Translations under genes and position numbers: made by a program
In this document: positions 63,180 through 64,000 of the stretch, in pieces
Numbering within the stretch: position 1 is the stretch's first letter
Layout: every line of letters starts with the position of its first letter
Notes under the pieces: model-generated
Database searches by the model: none
What the model was told of the DNA's origin: nothing
What the model saw: only the letters and a program-made list of their open reading frames with translations
Source: Octopus vulgaris
Taxonomy: Eukaryota
DNA length: 64,000 nt
Assembly: GCA_951406725.2 (NCBI GenBank)
Contig: OX597816.1
Coordinates: forward strand, 21,204,001-21,268,000
Direction: 5' to 3'

Positions 63180-63750
63180 GCGGCGAGCTGGCAGAAACGT
63201 TAGCATGCCGGGAGAAATGCATAGCAGTATTTCGTCTGCTGTTATGTTCTGAGTTCAAATTCCACTGAGGTCGACACTGCCTTTCATCCTTTCGGGGTCT
63301 ATAAATTAAGTACCATTTATGCACTGGAGTCGATGTAATCGACTTCATCCATTTGTTTGTCCTTCTTTATGCCCTCTGTGTTTAGCCCCTTGTGGGTAGT
63401 AAAGAAATAGGTATTTCGTCTGCCGCTACGTTCTGAGTTCAAATTCTGCTGAGTTCGACTTTACCTTTCATCCTTTCAGGGTCAATAAATTAAGTACCAG
63501 TTATGCACTGGGGTCGATGTAATCGACTTAATCCCTTTGTCTGTCCTTGTTTGTCCCCTCTCTGTTTAGCTCCTTGTGTGCAATAAAGAAATAAGAAATG
63601 TTAGGCTGGGCAAAATGCTTAGCAGTATTTTGTCTGTCTTTACATTCTTAGTTCAAATTCCCTTGAGGTTGAGTTTGCCTTTCATCCTTTCAGAGTCGAT
63701 AAATTAAGTACCAGTTGCATACTGGGGTCAATCTATTTGACTGGCCCACT
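63180..63750 (+). mobile_element. Three nested/tandem SINE family A copies
   Basis: Three A cores, each ending or starting at AAAGAAATA junctions. Confidence 0.85.
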
Positions 63751-63769
63751 CACCTGACCTTGCTTGTGC

Positions 63770-64000
63770 TTGTGTCACATAAAAAGCACTAAGTCCACTC
63801 TGCTAAGTGGTTGGCATTAGGAAGGGCATCGAGCTGTAAAAATCCTGCCAAAACAGTCACAGAAGGCCCGTGCAGGCTTCGGCCAGGCCTGCTCTTGTGG
63901 TACCATCCCACCCATGCTAGCATGAAACACAGACGTTAAATGATAATGATGATGGAGATGATGGTGATGATGATGGTGATGATGGTGATGATGATGATAA
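63770..64000 (+). mobile_element. SINE-like family C 3' end with (GAT/GGT)n tail
   Basis: GGTTGGCATTAGGAAGGGCATC motif and tail. Confidence 0.8.

Overview
AT-rich, repeat-saturated animal DNA with no host protein-coding gene I can support. The SINE and microsatellite content resembles an octopus (coleoid cephalopod) intron or intergenic region; this is an inference from recognising the repeat families. Nearly all long ORFs in the track are translations of microsatellites or SINEs. The real coding relics are decayed transposon fragments: two RTE-type LINE families, R4/Dong-type (RLE endonuclease) LINE 3' ends sitting in (TAA)n tracts, a hAT/GTF2IRD2-like transposase C-terminus, an internally deleted mariner, and Penelope-like (GIY-YIG) ends. 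Dozens of copies of three abundant SINE-like families (my labels A, B, C) and rarer families (D, E, F) fill much of the window. The most notable signal is a set of type-I hammerhead ribozyme motifs with palindromic helix III. One is essentially perfect (24986-25035), two are near-intact (27176-27231, 27961-28056), and several are decayed. One hammerhead type is the 3' module of a tRNA-headed SINE-like element (family F, 3 copies), whose internal (TAA)n acts as a landing pad for Dong-type LINEs. The window also holds asymmetric long-hairpin elements related to a Helitron segment, TIR-bounded elements, a 24/48-bp minisatellite grown out of a SINE internal repeat, and a ~403-bp tandem duplication.
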